Source of the DNA: Eledone cirrhosa
Lineage: Eukaryota
Direction: 5' to 3'
DNA length: 64,000 nucleotides
NCBI GenBank assembly: GCA_964016885.1
Contig: OZ024741.1
Span: 208,568,001 to 208,632,000 of the forward strand
Below, piece after piece: positions 28,701 through 44,700 of the stretch. The notes below the pieces were generated by a model. The model was not told the DNA's origin. It ran no database searches and was given only the letters and a program-made list of their open reading frames with translations. A program made the position numbers and the translations under genes. Within the stretch, counting starts at the first letter, position 1. The number at the start of each line of letters is the position of its first letter.

Positions 28701-31700
28701 CACTTCCCAGAACTACCACCATCACCACTACAACCAACACCACCACTTCCCAGAACTACCACCATCAACACTACAACCAACACCATAACTACACAGAACT
28801 ACCAACACCACTACTACAATCAACACCACCACTTCCCAGGACAACCACCATCATCACTACAACCAACACCACCACTACCCAGAACTACCACCATCACCAC
28901 TACAACCAACACCACCACTACCCAGAACCACCACCATCACCACTACAACCAACGACCACCACTTCCCAGAACTACCACCATCACCACTACAACCAAAACC
29001 ACCACTTCCCAGAACTACCACCATCACCACTCTAACCAACACCACCACTTCCCAGAACTACCACCATCACCACTACCACCATCACCACTATAACCAACAC
29101 CACCACTTCCCAGAACTACCAGCATCACCACTACCACCATCACCACTACAACCAACACCACCACTTCCTAGAACTACCACCATCACCACTACTACCAACA
29201 CTAACACTACACAGAACTACCACCATCACCACTACAACCACCACCACCTCTTCCCCGAACTACCACTATCACCACTACAACCAACACCACCACTTCCCAG
29301 AACTACCACCATCACCACTACAACCAACAAGACCACTTCCCAGAAATACCACTATCACCACTACAACCAACACCACCACTTCCCGGAACAACCACAATCA
29401 CTACTATAACCAACACCACCACTTCGCCGACCTACCACCATCACTACTACAACCAACACCACAACTACCCAGAACTACCACCATCATCACTACAACCAAC
29501 ACCACCACTTCCCAGAACGACCACCATCACCACTACAACCAACACCACCACTTCCCAGAATACCACCATCACCACTACAACCAAAACCACCATTTCCCAG
29601 AACTACCACCAACACCACTACAACCAACACCACCACTACCCAGAACAACAACCATCAACAATACAACTAGCACCACCACTTCGTGGAACAACAACCATCA
29701 CTACTGTAACCAACACCACCACTACCCGGAACTACCATCATCACTACAACCAACACCACCACTTCCCAGAACTACCTCTATCACCACCACAACCGACACC
29801 ATCACTTCCCAGAACTACCACCATCACCACTACAACCAACACCACCACTTCCCAGAACTACCACCATCAACACTACAACCAACACCATCACTACACAGAA
29901 CTACCAACATCACCACTACAACCAACACCACTACTTCCCAGAACTAGCACCATCACCAATACAACCACCACCACCACTTCCCAGAACTACCACCATCACT
30001 ACTACAATCAACACCACCACTTCCCTGGACAACCAGCATCATCACTACAACCAACACCACCACTACCCAGAACTACCACCATCACCACTACAACCAACAC
30101 CACCACTACCCAGAACCACCACCATCACCACTACAACCAACACCACCACTTCCCAGAACTACCACCATCACCACTACCACCATCACCACTACAACCAACA
30201 CCACCACTTCCCAGAGCTACCACCATCACCACTACAACCAAGACCACCACTTCCCAGAACTACCACCATCAGCACTACAACCAACACCACCACTACCCAG
30301 AACAACCACCATCATCACTACAACCACCACCACCACTTCCCAGAACTACCACCATCACCACTACAACCAATACAAACACTTCCCAGAACTACCACCATCA
30401 CCACTACAACCAAGACCACCACTTCCCAGAACTACCACCATCACCACTACAACCAATACCACCACTTCCCAGAACTACCACCATTACCACTACAACCAAC
30501 ACCACCACTCGCCAGAACTACCACCATCACCACTACAACCAACACACACCACTTCCCAGAACAACCACCATCATCACTACAACCAACACCACCACTTCCC
30601 AGAACTACCACCATCACCACTACAACCAATACCACCACTTCCCAGAACAACCACCATCACCACTACAACCAACACCGCCACTTCCCAGAACTACCACCAT
30701 TACCACTACAACCAACACCACCACTTCCCAGAACTACCACCATCACCACTACAACCAACACCAACACAACCCAGAACTACCACCATCACCACTATAACCA
30801 ACACCACCACTACCCAGAACTACCACCAACACTACGACCCCCCCCCATCACCACCACAACCAACATCACCACTTCCCAGAACTACCAACATCACCACTAC
30901 AACCAACACCACAACTTCCCAGAACTACCCCATCACCACTACCCCCCATCACCACCACAACCAACACCACCACTTCCCAGAACTACCTCTATCACCACCA
31001 CAACCGACACCACCACTTCCCAGAACTACCACCATCACCACTACAACCAACACCACCACTTCCCAGAACTACCACCATCAACACTACAACCAACACCATC
31101 ACTACACAGAACTACCAACATCACCACTACAACCAACACCACTACTTCCCAGAACTAGCACCATCACCAATACAACCACCACCACCACTTCCCAGAACTA
31201 CCAACACCACTACTACAATCAACACCACCACTTCCCAGGACAACCACCATCATCACTACAACCAACACCACCACTACCCAGAACTACCACCATCACCACT
31301 ACAACCAACACCACCACTACCCAGAACCACCACCATCACCACTACAACCAACACCACCACTTCCCAGAACTACCACCATCACCACTACAACCAAAACCAC
31401 CACTTCCCAGAACTACCACCATCACCACTACAACCAACACCACCACTTCCCAGAACTACCACCATCACCACTACCACCATCACCACTATAACCAACACCA
31501 CCACTTTCCAGAACTACCAGCATCACCACTACCACCATCACCACTACAACCAACACCACCACTTCCCAGAGCTACCACCATCACCACCACCACCATCAAC
31601 ACCACAACCAGCACCACCACTACCCAGAACTACTACCATCATCACTACAACCAACACCACCACTTCCCAGAACTACCACCATCACCACTATAACCAACAC

Positions 31701-33900
31701 CACAACTACCCAGAACTGCCACCATCACCACTACAACCAACACCACCACTTCCTAGAACTACCACCATCACCACTACTACCAACACTACCACTACACAGA
31801 ACTACCACCATCACCACTACAACCACCACCACCTCTTCCCCGAACTACCACTATCACCACTACAACCAACACCACCACTTCCCAGAACTACCACCATCAC
31901 CACTACAACCAACAAGACCACTTCCCAGAAATACCACTATCACCACTACAACCAACACCACCACTTCCCGGAACAACCACAATCACTACTATAACCAACA
32001 CCACCACTTCGCCGAACTACCACCATCACCACTACAACCAACACCACAACTACCCAGAACTACCACCATCATCACTACAACCAACACCACCACTTCCCAG
32101 AACTACCACCATCACCACTACAACCAACACCACCACTTCCCAGAATACCACCTTCACCACTACAACCAAAACCACCATTTCCCAGAACTACCACCAACAC
32201 CACTACAACCAACACCACCACTACCCAGAACAACAACCATCAACAATACAACTAGCACCACCACTTCGTGGAACAACAACCGTCACTACTGTAACCAACA
32301 CCACCACTACCCGGACCTACCACCATCATCACTACAACCAACACCACCACTTCCCAGAACTACCACCATCACCACTACAACCAACACCACCACTTCCCAG
32401 AACTACCACCATCACCACTACAACCAACACCACCACTTCCTAGAACTACCACCATCACCACTACAACCAACACTACCACTACACAGAACTACCACCATCA
32501 CCACTACATCCACCACCACCACTTCCCAGAACTACCACTATCACCACTACAACCAACACCATCACTTCCCAGAACTACCACCATCACCACTACAACCAAC
32601 AAGATCACTTCCCAGAGATACCACTATCACCACTACAACCAACACCACCACTTCCCAAAACTACCACCATCACCACTGCAACCAACAGCACCACCATCAT
32701 CACTACAACCAACACCACCACTTCCCAGAACTACCACCATCACCACTACAACCAACACCACAACTACCCAGAACTACCACCATCATCACTACAACCAACA
32801 CCACCACTTCCCAGAACAACCACCATCACCACTACAAACAACACCACCACTTCCCAGAACTACCACCATCACCACTACAACCAACAACACTACTTCCCAG
32901 AACTACCACCATCACCACTACAACCAACAACACTACTTCCCAGAACTACCACCATCAACACTACAACCAACAACACCACTACACAGAACTACCACCTTCA
33001 TCACTACAACCACCACCACAACTTCCCTGGACTACCACCATCACCACTACAACCAAGACCACCACTTCCCAGAACAACCACCATCATCACTACAACCACC
33101 ACCACCACTTCCCAGGACTACCACCATCACCACTACAACCAACACCACCACTACCCAGAAATACCACCATCACCACTACAACCAACACCACCACTTCCCA
33201 GAACTACCACCATCACCACTACAACCAACACCACCACTACCCAGAACAACCACCATCATCACTACAACCAAGACCACCACTTCCCAGAACTACCACCATC
33301 ACCACTACAACCAACACCACCACTACCCAGAACAACCACCATCATCACTACAACCACCACCACCACTTCCCAGAACTACCACCATCACCACTACAACCAA
33401 TACCACCACTTCCCAGAACTACCACCATCACCACTACAACCAAGACCACCACTTCCCAGAACTACCACCATCACCACTTCCCAGAACTACCAACATTACC
33501 ACTACAACCAACACCACCATCACCACTACAACCAATACACAACACTTCCCAGAACAACCACTATCATCACTACAACCAACACCACCACTTCCCAGAACAA
33601 CCACCATCACCACTACAACCAACACACACCACTTCCCAGAACAACCACCATCATCACTACAACCAACACCACCACTTCCCAGAACTACCACCATCACCAC
33701 TACAACCAATACCACCACTTCCCAGAACAACCACCATCACCACTACAACCAACACCACCACTTCCCAGAACTACCACCATTACCACTACAACCAACACCA
33801 CCACTTCCCAGAACTACCACCATCACCACTACAACCAACACCAACACAACCCAGAACTACCACCATCACCACTATAACCAACACCACCACTTCCCAGAAC
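25750..33900. repeat. ~2.2-2.6-kb diverged higher-order repeats of the third domain (also ~56300-64000)
   Basis: Poly-C at 26290, 28524 and 30838 (spacings 2234 and 2314). GCTACCACCATCACCACCACCACCATCAAC at 27071/31571 (offset 4500). The GTG of TTCGTGGAA is at 29683/32268 (offset 2585). Confidence 0.82.
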
Positions 33901-35479
33901 TACCACCATCACCACTACAACCAATACCACCACTTCCCAGAACTACCACCATCACCAGTACAACCAACACCACCACTTCCCAGAAACTCTACCATCACCA
34001 CTACAACCAACACCACCACTTCCCTGAACTACAACCATCACCACTACAACCAACACCACCACTTCCCAGAACTACCACGATCACCACTACAACCAGCACC
34101 ACTCCCAGAATTACCACCATCACCACTACAACCAACACCACCACTTCCCAGAACTACCACCATCACCACTACCACCATCACCACTACAACCAACACCACC
34201 ACCTCCCAGGACAACCACCATCATCACTACAACCAACACCACCACTACCCAGAACTACCACCATCATCACTACAACCAACACCACGACCACCAAAACTAC
34301 CACCATCACCACTACAACCAACACCACCACTACCCAGAACTACCACCATCATCACTACAACCAACACCACCACTTCCCAAAACTACCACCATCACCACTA
34401 CAACCAACACCATCACCACCCGAACTACCACCATCACCACTACAACCAACACCACCACTTCCCAGAACTACCACCATCACCACTACAGCCAACAACACCA
34501 CTTCCCAGAACTACCACCATCACTACTACAACCAACACCACCACTTCCAAGAACTACCACCATCACCACTACAACCAACACCACCACTTCCCAGAACTAC
34601 CACCATCACCACTACAACCAACACCACCACTTCCCAGAACTACCCATCACCACTACAACCAGCACCACCACTTCCCAGAACTAACACCATCATCACTACA
34701 GCCAACACCACCTCTACCCAGAACTACCACCAACACCACTACAACCAACACCACCACTTCCCAGAACAACCACCATCATCACTACAACCAACACCACCAC
34801 TTCCCAGAACTACCACCATCATCACTACAACCAACACGACCACTACCCAGAACTACCACCATCACCACTACAACCAACACCACAACTTCCCAGAACTACC
34901 ACCATCACCACTACAACCAACACGACCACTACCCAGAACTACCACCATCACCACTACAACCACCACCACCACTTCCCAGAACTACAACCACCACTACTAC
35001 AACCAACACCACCACTTCCCAGAACTACCACCATCACCTCTACAACCAACACGACCACTATCCAGAACTACCACCATCACCACTACAACCAACACCACCA
35101 CTTCCAAGAACTACCACCATCACCACTACAACCAACACCACCACTTCCCAGAACTACCACCATCACATCTACAACCAACACCACCACTTCCCAGAACTAC
35201 CCATCACCACTACAAACAGCACCACCACTTCCCAGAACAACCACCATCATCACTACAACAAACACCACCACTACCAAGAACTACCACCATCACCACTACA
35301 ACCAACACCACCACTCGCCAGAACAACCACCATCATCACTACTACCAACACCACCTCTACCCGAACTACCAACACCACCACTACAGCCAATACCACCACT
35401 TCCCAGAACTACCACCATCACCACTACAACCAACACGACCACTACCCAGATCTACCACCATCACCACTACAACCAACAC

Positions 35480-38400
35480 CACCACTTCCCAGAACTACCA
35501 CCATCACCACTACAACCAACACCACCACTTCCCAGAACTACCCATCACCACTACAACCAGCACCACCACTTCCCAGAACAACCACCATCATCACTACAAC
35601 CAACACCACCAATACCCAGAACTACCACCATCACCACTTCAACCAACACCACCACTCGCCAGAACAACCACCATCATCACTACTACCAACACCACCACTT
35701 CCCAGAACTACCACCATCACCACTACAACCAACACGACCACTACCCAGAACTACCACCATCACCACTGCAACCAACACCACCACTTCCCAGAACTACCCA
35801 TCACCACTACAACCAGCACCACCACTTCCCAGAACTACCACCATCACCACTACAACCAACACCACCACTACCCAGAACTACCACCATCATCACTACAACC
35901 AACACCACGACCACCTGAACTACCACCATCACCACTACAACCAACACCACCACTACCCAGAACTACCACCATCACCACTACAACCAACACGACCACTACC
36001 CAGAACTACCACCATCACCACTACAACCACCACCACCACTTCCCAGAACTACAACCACCACTACTACAACCAACACCACCACTTCCCAGAACTACCACCA
36101 TCACCACTACAACCAACACGACCACTATCCAGAACTACCACCATCACCACTTCAACCGACACCACCACTTCCCAGAACTACCACCATCACCACTACAACC
36201 AACACCACCACTTTCCAGAACTACCCATCACCACTACAACCAGCACCACCACTTCCCAGAACAACCACCATCATCACTACAACCAACACCACCACTACCA
36301 AGAACTACCACCATCACCACTACAACCAACACCACCACTCGCCAGAACAACCACCATCATCACTACAACCAACACCACCACTTCCCAGAACTACCACCAT
36401 CACCACTACAACCATCACGACCACTACCCAGAACTACCACCATCACCACTACAACCAACAAAACCACTTCCCAGAACTACCACCATCACCACTACAACCA
36501 ACACCACCACTTCCCAGAACTACCACCATCACCACTACAACCAACACCACCACCACCCGAACTACCACCATCACCACTACAACCAACACCACCACTACCC
36601 AGAACTACCACCATAACCACTATAACCAACACCACCACTTCCCAGAACTACCACCACCACCACTACAACCAACAACACCACTTCCCAGAACTACCACCAT
36701 CACTACTACAACCAGCACCACCACTTCCCAGAACTACCACCATCATCACTACAGCCAACACCACCACTACCCAGAACTACTACCAACACCACTACAACCA
36801 ACACCACCACTTCCCAGAACAACCACCATCATCACTACAACCAACACCACCACTTCCCAGAACTACCACTATCATCACTACAACCAACACGACCACTACC
36901 CAGAACTACCACCATCACCACTACAACCAACACCACAACTTCCCAGAACTACCACCATCACCACTACAACCAACACGACCACTATCCAGAACTACCACCA
37001 TCACCACTACAACCAACACCACCACTTCCAAGAACTACCAACATCACCACTACAACCAACACCACCACTTCCCAGAACTACCACCATCACCACTACAACC
37101 AACACCACCACTTCCCAGAACTACCCATCACCACTACAACCAGCACCACCACTTCCCAGAACAACCACCATCATCACTACAACCAACACCACCAATACCC
37201 AGAACTACCACCATCACCACTTCAACCAACACCACCACTCGCCAGAACAACCACCATCATCACTACTACCAACACCACCACTTCCCAGAACTACCACCAT
37301 CACCACTACAACCAACACGACCACTACCCAGAACTACCACCATCACCACTACAACCAACACCACCACTTCCCAGAACTACCCATCACCACTACAACCAGC
37401 ACCACCACTTCCCAGAACTACCACCATCACCACTACAACCAACACCACCACTACCCAGAACTACCACCATCATCACTACAACCAACACCACGACCACCTG
37501 AGCTACCACCATCACCACTACAACCAACACCACCACTACCCAGAACTACCACCATCACCACTACAACCAACACGACCACTATCCAGAACTACCACCATCA
37601 CCACTACAACCGACACCACCACTTCCAAGAACTACCACCATCACCACTACAACCAACACCACCACTTCCCAGAACTACCACCATCACCACTACAACCAAC
37701 ACCACCACTTTCCAGAACTACCCATCACCACTACAACCAGCACCACCACTTCCCAGAACAACCACCATCATCACTACAACCAACACCACCACTACCAAGA
37801 ACTACCACCATCACCACTACAACCAACACCACCACTCGCCAGAACAACCACCATCATCACTACAACCAACACCACCACTTCCCAGAACTACCACCATCAC
37901 CACTACAACCATCACGACCACTACCCAGAACTACCACCATCACCACTACAACCAACAAAACCACTTCCCAGAACTACCACCATCACCACTACAACCAACA
38001 CCACCACTTCCCAGAACTACCCATCACCACTACAACCAGCAGCACCACTTCCCAGAACTACCACCATCACCACTACAACCAACACCACCACTACCCAGAA
38101 CTACCACCATCGTCACTACAACCAACACCACGACCACCCGAACTACCACCATCACCACTACAACCAACACCACCACTACCCAAAACTACCACCATCATCA
38201 CTACAACCAACACCACCACTTCCCAGAACTACCACCATCACCACTACAACCAACACCACCACCACCCGAACTACCACCATCACCAAGACAACCAACACCA
38301 CCACTACCCAGAACTACCACCATAACCACTATAACCAACACCACCACTTCCCAGAACTACCACCACCACCACTACAACCAACAACACCACTTCCCAGAAC

Positions 38401-38750
38401 TACCACCATCACTACTACAACCAGCACCACCACTTCCCAGAACTACCACCATCATCACTACAGCCAACAGCACCACTACCCAGAACTACTACCAACACCA
38501 CTACAACCAACACCACCACTTCCCAGAACAACCACCATCATCACTACAACCAACACCACAACTTCCAGAACTACCACCATCACCACTACAACCAACACGA
38601 CCACTATCCAGAACTACCACCATCACCACTACAACCAACACCACCACTTCCAAGAACTACCAACATCACCACTACAACCAACACCACCACTTCCCAGAAC
38701 TACCACCATCACCACTACAACCAACACCACCACTTCCCAGAACTACCCAT
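35480..38750. repeat. ~1.5-1.6-kb tandem duplication
   Basis: AATACCC 35611/37194 and CCTG 35914/37497 have an offset of 1583. The downstream blocks also match, with monomer indels. Confidence 0.8.
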
Positions 38751-41700
38751 CACCACTACAACCAGCACCACCACTTCCCAGAACAACCACCATCAGCACT
38801 ACAACCAACACCACCACTACCAAGAACTACCACCATCACCACTACAACCAACACCACCACTCGCCAGAACAACCACCATCATCACTACTACCAACACCAC
38901 CACTTCCCAGAACTACCACCATCACCACTACAACCAATACCACCACTTCCCAGAACTACCACCATCACCACTACAACCAACACCACCACTTCCCAGAACT
39001 ACCCATCACCACTACAACCAGCACCACCACTTCCCAGAACAACCACCATCACCACTACAACCAACACCACCACTTCCCAGAACAACCACCATCACCACTA
39101 CAACGAACACCACCACTTCCCAGGAATACCACCATCACCACTACAACCAACACCACCACTTCCCAGAACAACCACCATCATCACTACAACCAACACTACC
39201 ACTACCCAGAACTACCACCATCACCACTACAACCAACACAAACACTACCCAGAACTACCACCATCACCACTACAACCAACACCACCACTTCCCAGAACTA
39301 CCACCGTCATTACTACAACCAACACCACCACTACCCAGAAAGACCACCATCATCACTACAACCAACACCACCACTACCCAGAACTACCACCATCACCACT
39401 ACAACCAACACGACTACTTCCCAGAACTACCCCCATCACCACCACGACCAACACCACCACTTCCCAGAACTACCTCTATCACCACCACAACCGATACCAC
39501 CAATTCCCAGAACTACCACCATCACCACTACAACCAACACAAACACTACCCAGAACTACCACCATCACCACTACAATCAACACCACCACTTCCCAGAACT
39601 ACCACCATCATTACTACAACCAACACCACCACTACCCAGAACGACCACCATCATCACTACAACCAACACCACCACTACCCAGAACTACCACCATCACCAC
39701 TACAACCAACACCACTACTTCCCAGAACTACTACCATCATCACTACAACCAACACCACCAGTTCTCAGAACTACCACCATCACCACTATAACCCACACCA
39801 CAACTACCCAGAACGACCACCATCACCACTACCACCAACACCACCACTTCCCAGAACAACCCCATCACCACTACAACCAACACAACCACATCCCAGAACT
39901 ACCACCATCACCACTACAACCAACACCACCACTTCCCAGAACTACCCATCACCACTACAACCAGCACCACCACTTCCCAGAACAACCACCATCATCACTA
40001 CAACCAACACCACCACTTCCCAGAACTACCACCATCACCACTACAACCATCACGACCACTACCCAGAACTACCACCATCACCACTACAACCAACAAAACC
40101 ACTTCCCAGAACTACCACCATCACGACTACAACCAACACCACCACTTCCCAGAACTACCCATCACCACTACAACCAGCACCACCACTTCCCAGAACTACC
40201 ACCATCACCACTACAACCAACACCACCACTACCCAGAACTACCACCATCATCACTACAACCAACACCACCACTTCCCAGAACTACCACCATCACCACTAC
40301 AACCAACACCACCACCACCCGAACTACCACCATCACCACTACAACCAACACCACCACTACCCAGAACTACCACCATCACCACTATAACCAACACCACCAC
40401 TTCCCAGAAGTACCACCACCACCACTACAACCAACAACACCACATCCCAGAACTACCACCATCACTACTACAACCAGCACCACCACTTCCCAGAACTACC
40501 ACCATCATCACTACAGCCAACACCACCACTACCCAGAACTACTACCAACACCACTACAACCAACACCACCACTTCCCAGAACAACCACCATCATCACTAC
40601 AACCAACACCACCACTTCCCAGAACTACCACCATCATCACTACAACCAACACGACCACTACCCAGAACTACCACCATCACCACTTCAACCAACACCACAA
40701 CTTCCCAGAACTACCCCCATCACCACTACAACCACCACCACCACTTCCCAGAACTACAACCACCACTACTACAACCAACACCACCACTTCCCAGAACTAC
40801 CACCATCACCACTACAACCAACACAACCACTATCCAGAACTACCACCATCACCACTACAACCAACACCACCACTTCCCAGAACTACCCATCACCACTACA
40901 ACTAGCACCACCACTTCCCAGAACAACCACCATCATCACTACAACCAACACCACCACTACCAAGAACTACCACCATCACCACTACAACCAACACCAACAC
41001 TCGCCAGAACAACCACCATCATCACTACTACCAACACCACCACTTCCCAGAACTTCCACCATCACCACTACAACCAATACCACCACTTCCCAGAAATACC
41101 ACCATCATCACTACAACCAACACCACCACTTCCCAGAACTACCCATCACCACTACAACCAGCACCACCACTTCCCAGAACAACCACCATCACCACTACAA
41201 CCAACACCACCACTTCCCAGAACAACCACCATCACCACTACAACGAACACCACCACTTCCCAGGAATACCACCATCACCACTACAACCAACACCACCACT
41301 TCCCAGAACAACCACCATCATCACTACAACCAACACCACCACTACCCAGAACTACCACCATCACCACTGCAACCAACACAAACACTACCCAGAACTACCA
41401 CCATCACCAATACAACCAACACCACCACTTCCCAGAACTACCACCATCATTACTACAACCAACACCACCACTACCCAGAACGACCACCATCATCACTACA
41501 ACCAACACCACCACTACCCAGAACTACCACCATCACCACTACAACCAACACAAACACTACCCAGAACTACCACCATCACCACTACAACCAACACCACTAC
41601 TTCCCAGAACTACTACAATCATCACTACAACCAACACCACCAGTTCTCAGAACTACCACCATCACCACTATAACCCACACCACAACTACCCAGAACTACC

Positions 41701-44700
41701 ACCATCACCACTACAACCAACACCACCACTTCCCAGAACTACCCCCATCACCACCACGACCAACACCACCACTTCTCAGAACTACCTCTATCACCACCAC
41801 AACCGATACCACCAGTTCCCAGAACTACCACCATCACCACTACCACCAACACCACCACTTCCCAGAACAACCCCATCACCACTACAACCAACACCACCAC
41901 ATCCCAGAACTACCACCATCACCACTACAACCAACACCACCACTTCCCAGAACTACCCATCACCACTACAACCAGCACCACCACTTCCCAGAACAACCAC
42001 CATCATCACTACAACCAACACCACCACTTTCCAGAACTACCAACATCACCACTACAACCATCACGACCACTACCCAGAACTAAGACCATCACCACTACAA
42101 CCAACAAAACCACTTCCCAGAACTACCACCATCACGACTACAACCAACACCACCACTTCCCAGAACTACCCATCACCACTACAACCAGCACCACCACTTC
42201 CCAGAACTACCACCATCACCACTACAACCAACACCACCACTACCCAGAACTACCACCATCATCACTACAACCAACACCACGACCACCCGAACTACCACCA
42301 TCACCACTACAACCAACACCACCACTACCCAAAACTACCACCATCATCACTATAACCAACACCACCACTTCCCAGAACTACCACCATCACCACTACAACC
42401 AACACCACCACCACCAGAACTACCACCATCACCACTACAACCAACACCACCACTAACCAGAACTACCACCATCACCACTATAACCAACACCACCACTTCC
42501 CAGAACTACCACCACCACCACTACAACCAACAATACCACTTCCCAGAACTACCACCATCACTACTACAACCAGCACCACCACTTCCCAGAACTACCACCA
42601 TCATCACTACAGCCAACACCACCACTACCCAGAACTACTACCAACACCACTACAACCAACACCACCACTTCCCAGAACAACCACCATCATCACTACAACC
42701 AACACCACCACTTCCCAGAACTACCACCATCATCACTACAACCAACACGACCACTACCCAGAACTACCACCATCACCACTACAACCAACACCACAACTTC
42801 CCAGAACTACCACCATCACCACTACAACCAACACGACCACTACCCAGAACTACCACCATCACCACTACAACCACCACCACCACTTCCCAGAACTACAACC
42901 ACCACTACTACAACCAACACCACCACTTCCCAGAACTACCACCATCACCACTACAACCAACACGACCACTATCCAGAACTACCACCATCACCACTACAAC
43001 CAACACCACCACTTCCAAGAACTACCAACATCACCACTACAACCAACACCACCACTTCCCAGAACTACCACCATCACCACTACAACCAACACCACCACTT
43101 CCCAGAACTACCCATCACCACTACAACTAGCACCACCACTTCCCAGAACAACCACCATCATCACTACAACCAACACCACCACTGCCAAGAACTACCACCA
43201 TCACCACTACAACCAACACCACCACTCGCCAGAACAACCAACATCATCACTACTACCAACACCACCACTTCCCAGAACTACCACCATCACCACTACAACC
43301 AATACCACCAATTCCCAGAACTACCACCATCACCACTACAACCAACACCACCACTTCCCAGAACTACCCATCACCACTACAACCAGCACCACCACTTCAC
43401 AAAACAACCATCATCACCACTACAACCAACACCACCAATTCCCAGAACAACCACCATCACCACTACAACCAACACCACCACTTCCCAGAACTACCCATCA
43501 CCACTACAACCAGCACCACCACTTCCCAGAACAACCATCATCACCACTACAACCAACACCACCACTTCCCAGAACTACCACCACCACCACCACTACAACG
43601 AACACCACCACTTCCCAGGAATACCACCATCACCACTACAACCAACACCACCACTTCCCAGAACAACCACCATCATCACTACAACCAACACTACCACTAC
43701 CCAGAACTACCACCATCACCACTACAACCAACACAAACACTACCCAGAACTACCACCATCACCACTACAACCAACACCACCACTTCCCAGAACTACCACC
43801 ATCATTACTACAACCAACACCACCACTACCCAGAACGACCACCATCACCACTACAACCAACACAAACACTACCCAGAACTACCACCATCACCACCACGAC
43901 CAACACCACCACTCCCAGAACTACCTCTATCACCACCACAACCGATACCACCACTTCCCAGAACTACCACCATCACCACTACCACCAACACCACCACTTC
44001 CCAGAACAACCCCAACACCACTACAACCAACACACACCACTTCCCAGAACTACCACCATCACCACTACAACCAACACCACCACTTCCCAGAACTACCACC
44101 ATCACCACTACAACCAATACCACCACTTCCCAGAACAATCCCATCACCACTACCACCAACACCACCACTTCCCAGAACTACCACCATCACCACTACAACC
44201 AACACCACCACTGCCCAGAACTACCACCATTACCACAACAACCAACACCACCACTTCCCAGAACTACCACCATCACCACTACAACCAACACCACCACAAC
44301 CCAGAACTACCACCATCACCACTACAACCAACACCACCACTACTCAGAACTACCACCATCACCACTATAACCAACACCACCACTACCCAGAACTACCACC
44401 ATCACCACTACCCCCCCCCCCATCACCACCACAACCAACATCACCACTTCCCAGAACTACCAACATCACCACTACAACCAACACCACAACTACCCAGAAC
44501 TACCACCATCACCACTACCCCCCATCACCACCACAACCGACACCACCACTTCCCAGAACTACCACCATCACCACTACAACCAACACCACCACTTCCCAGG
44601 ACAACCACCATCATCACTACAACCAACACCACCACTACCCAGAACTACCACCCTCACCACTACAACCAACACCACCACTACCCAGAACCACCACCATCAC

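Larger units (their letters stand above)
11786..30846 (+). repeat. Eleven dispersed poly-C microsatellites in copy A
   Basis: Start(length): 11786(16), 15824(12), 17109(10), 19078(15), 21031(13), 22838(11), 23950(11), 25234(14), 26290(C9TC3), 28524(10), 30838(9). Confidence 0.95.
5350..33800. repeat. Higher-order mega-unit, copy A
   Basis: Rare variants recur in the same order 30.2-32.6 kb downstream: CGTC 5784/38111, GAAGT 7913/40407, ORF-track pairs 20501/50940, 22308/52879, 25942/56509, 28133/58699 and 30447/60967, and all 11 long poly-C tracts. Confidence 0.93.
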
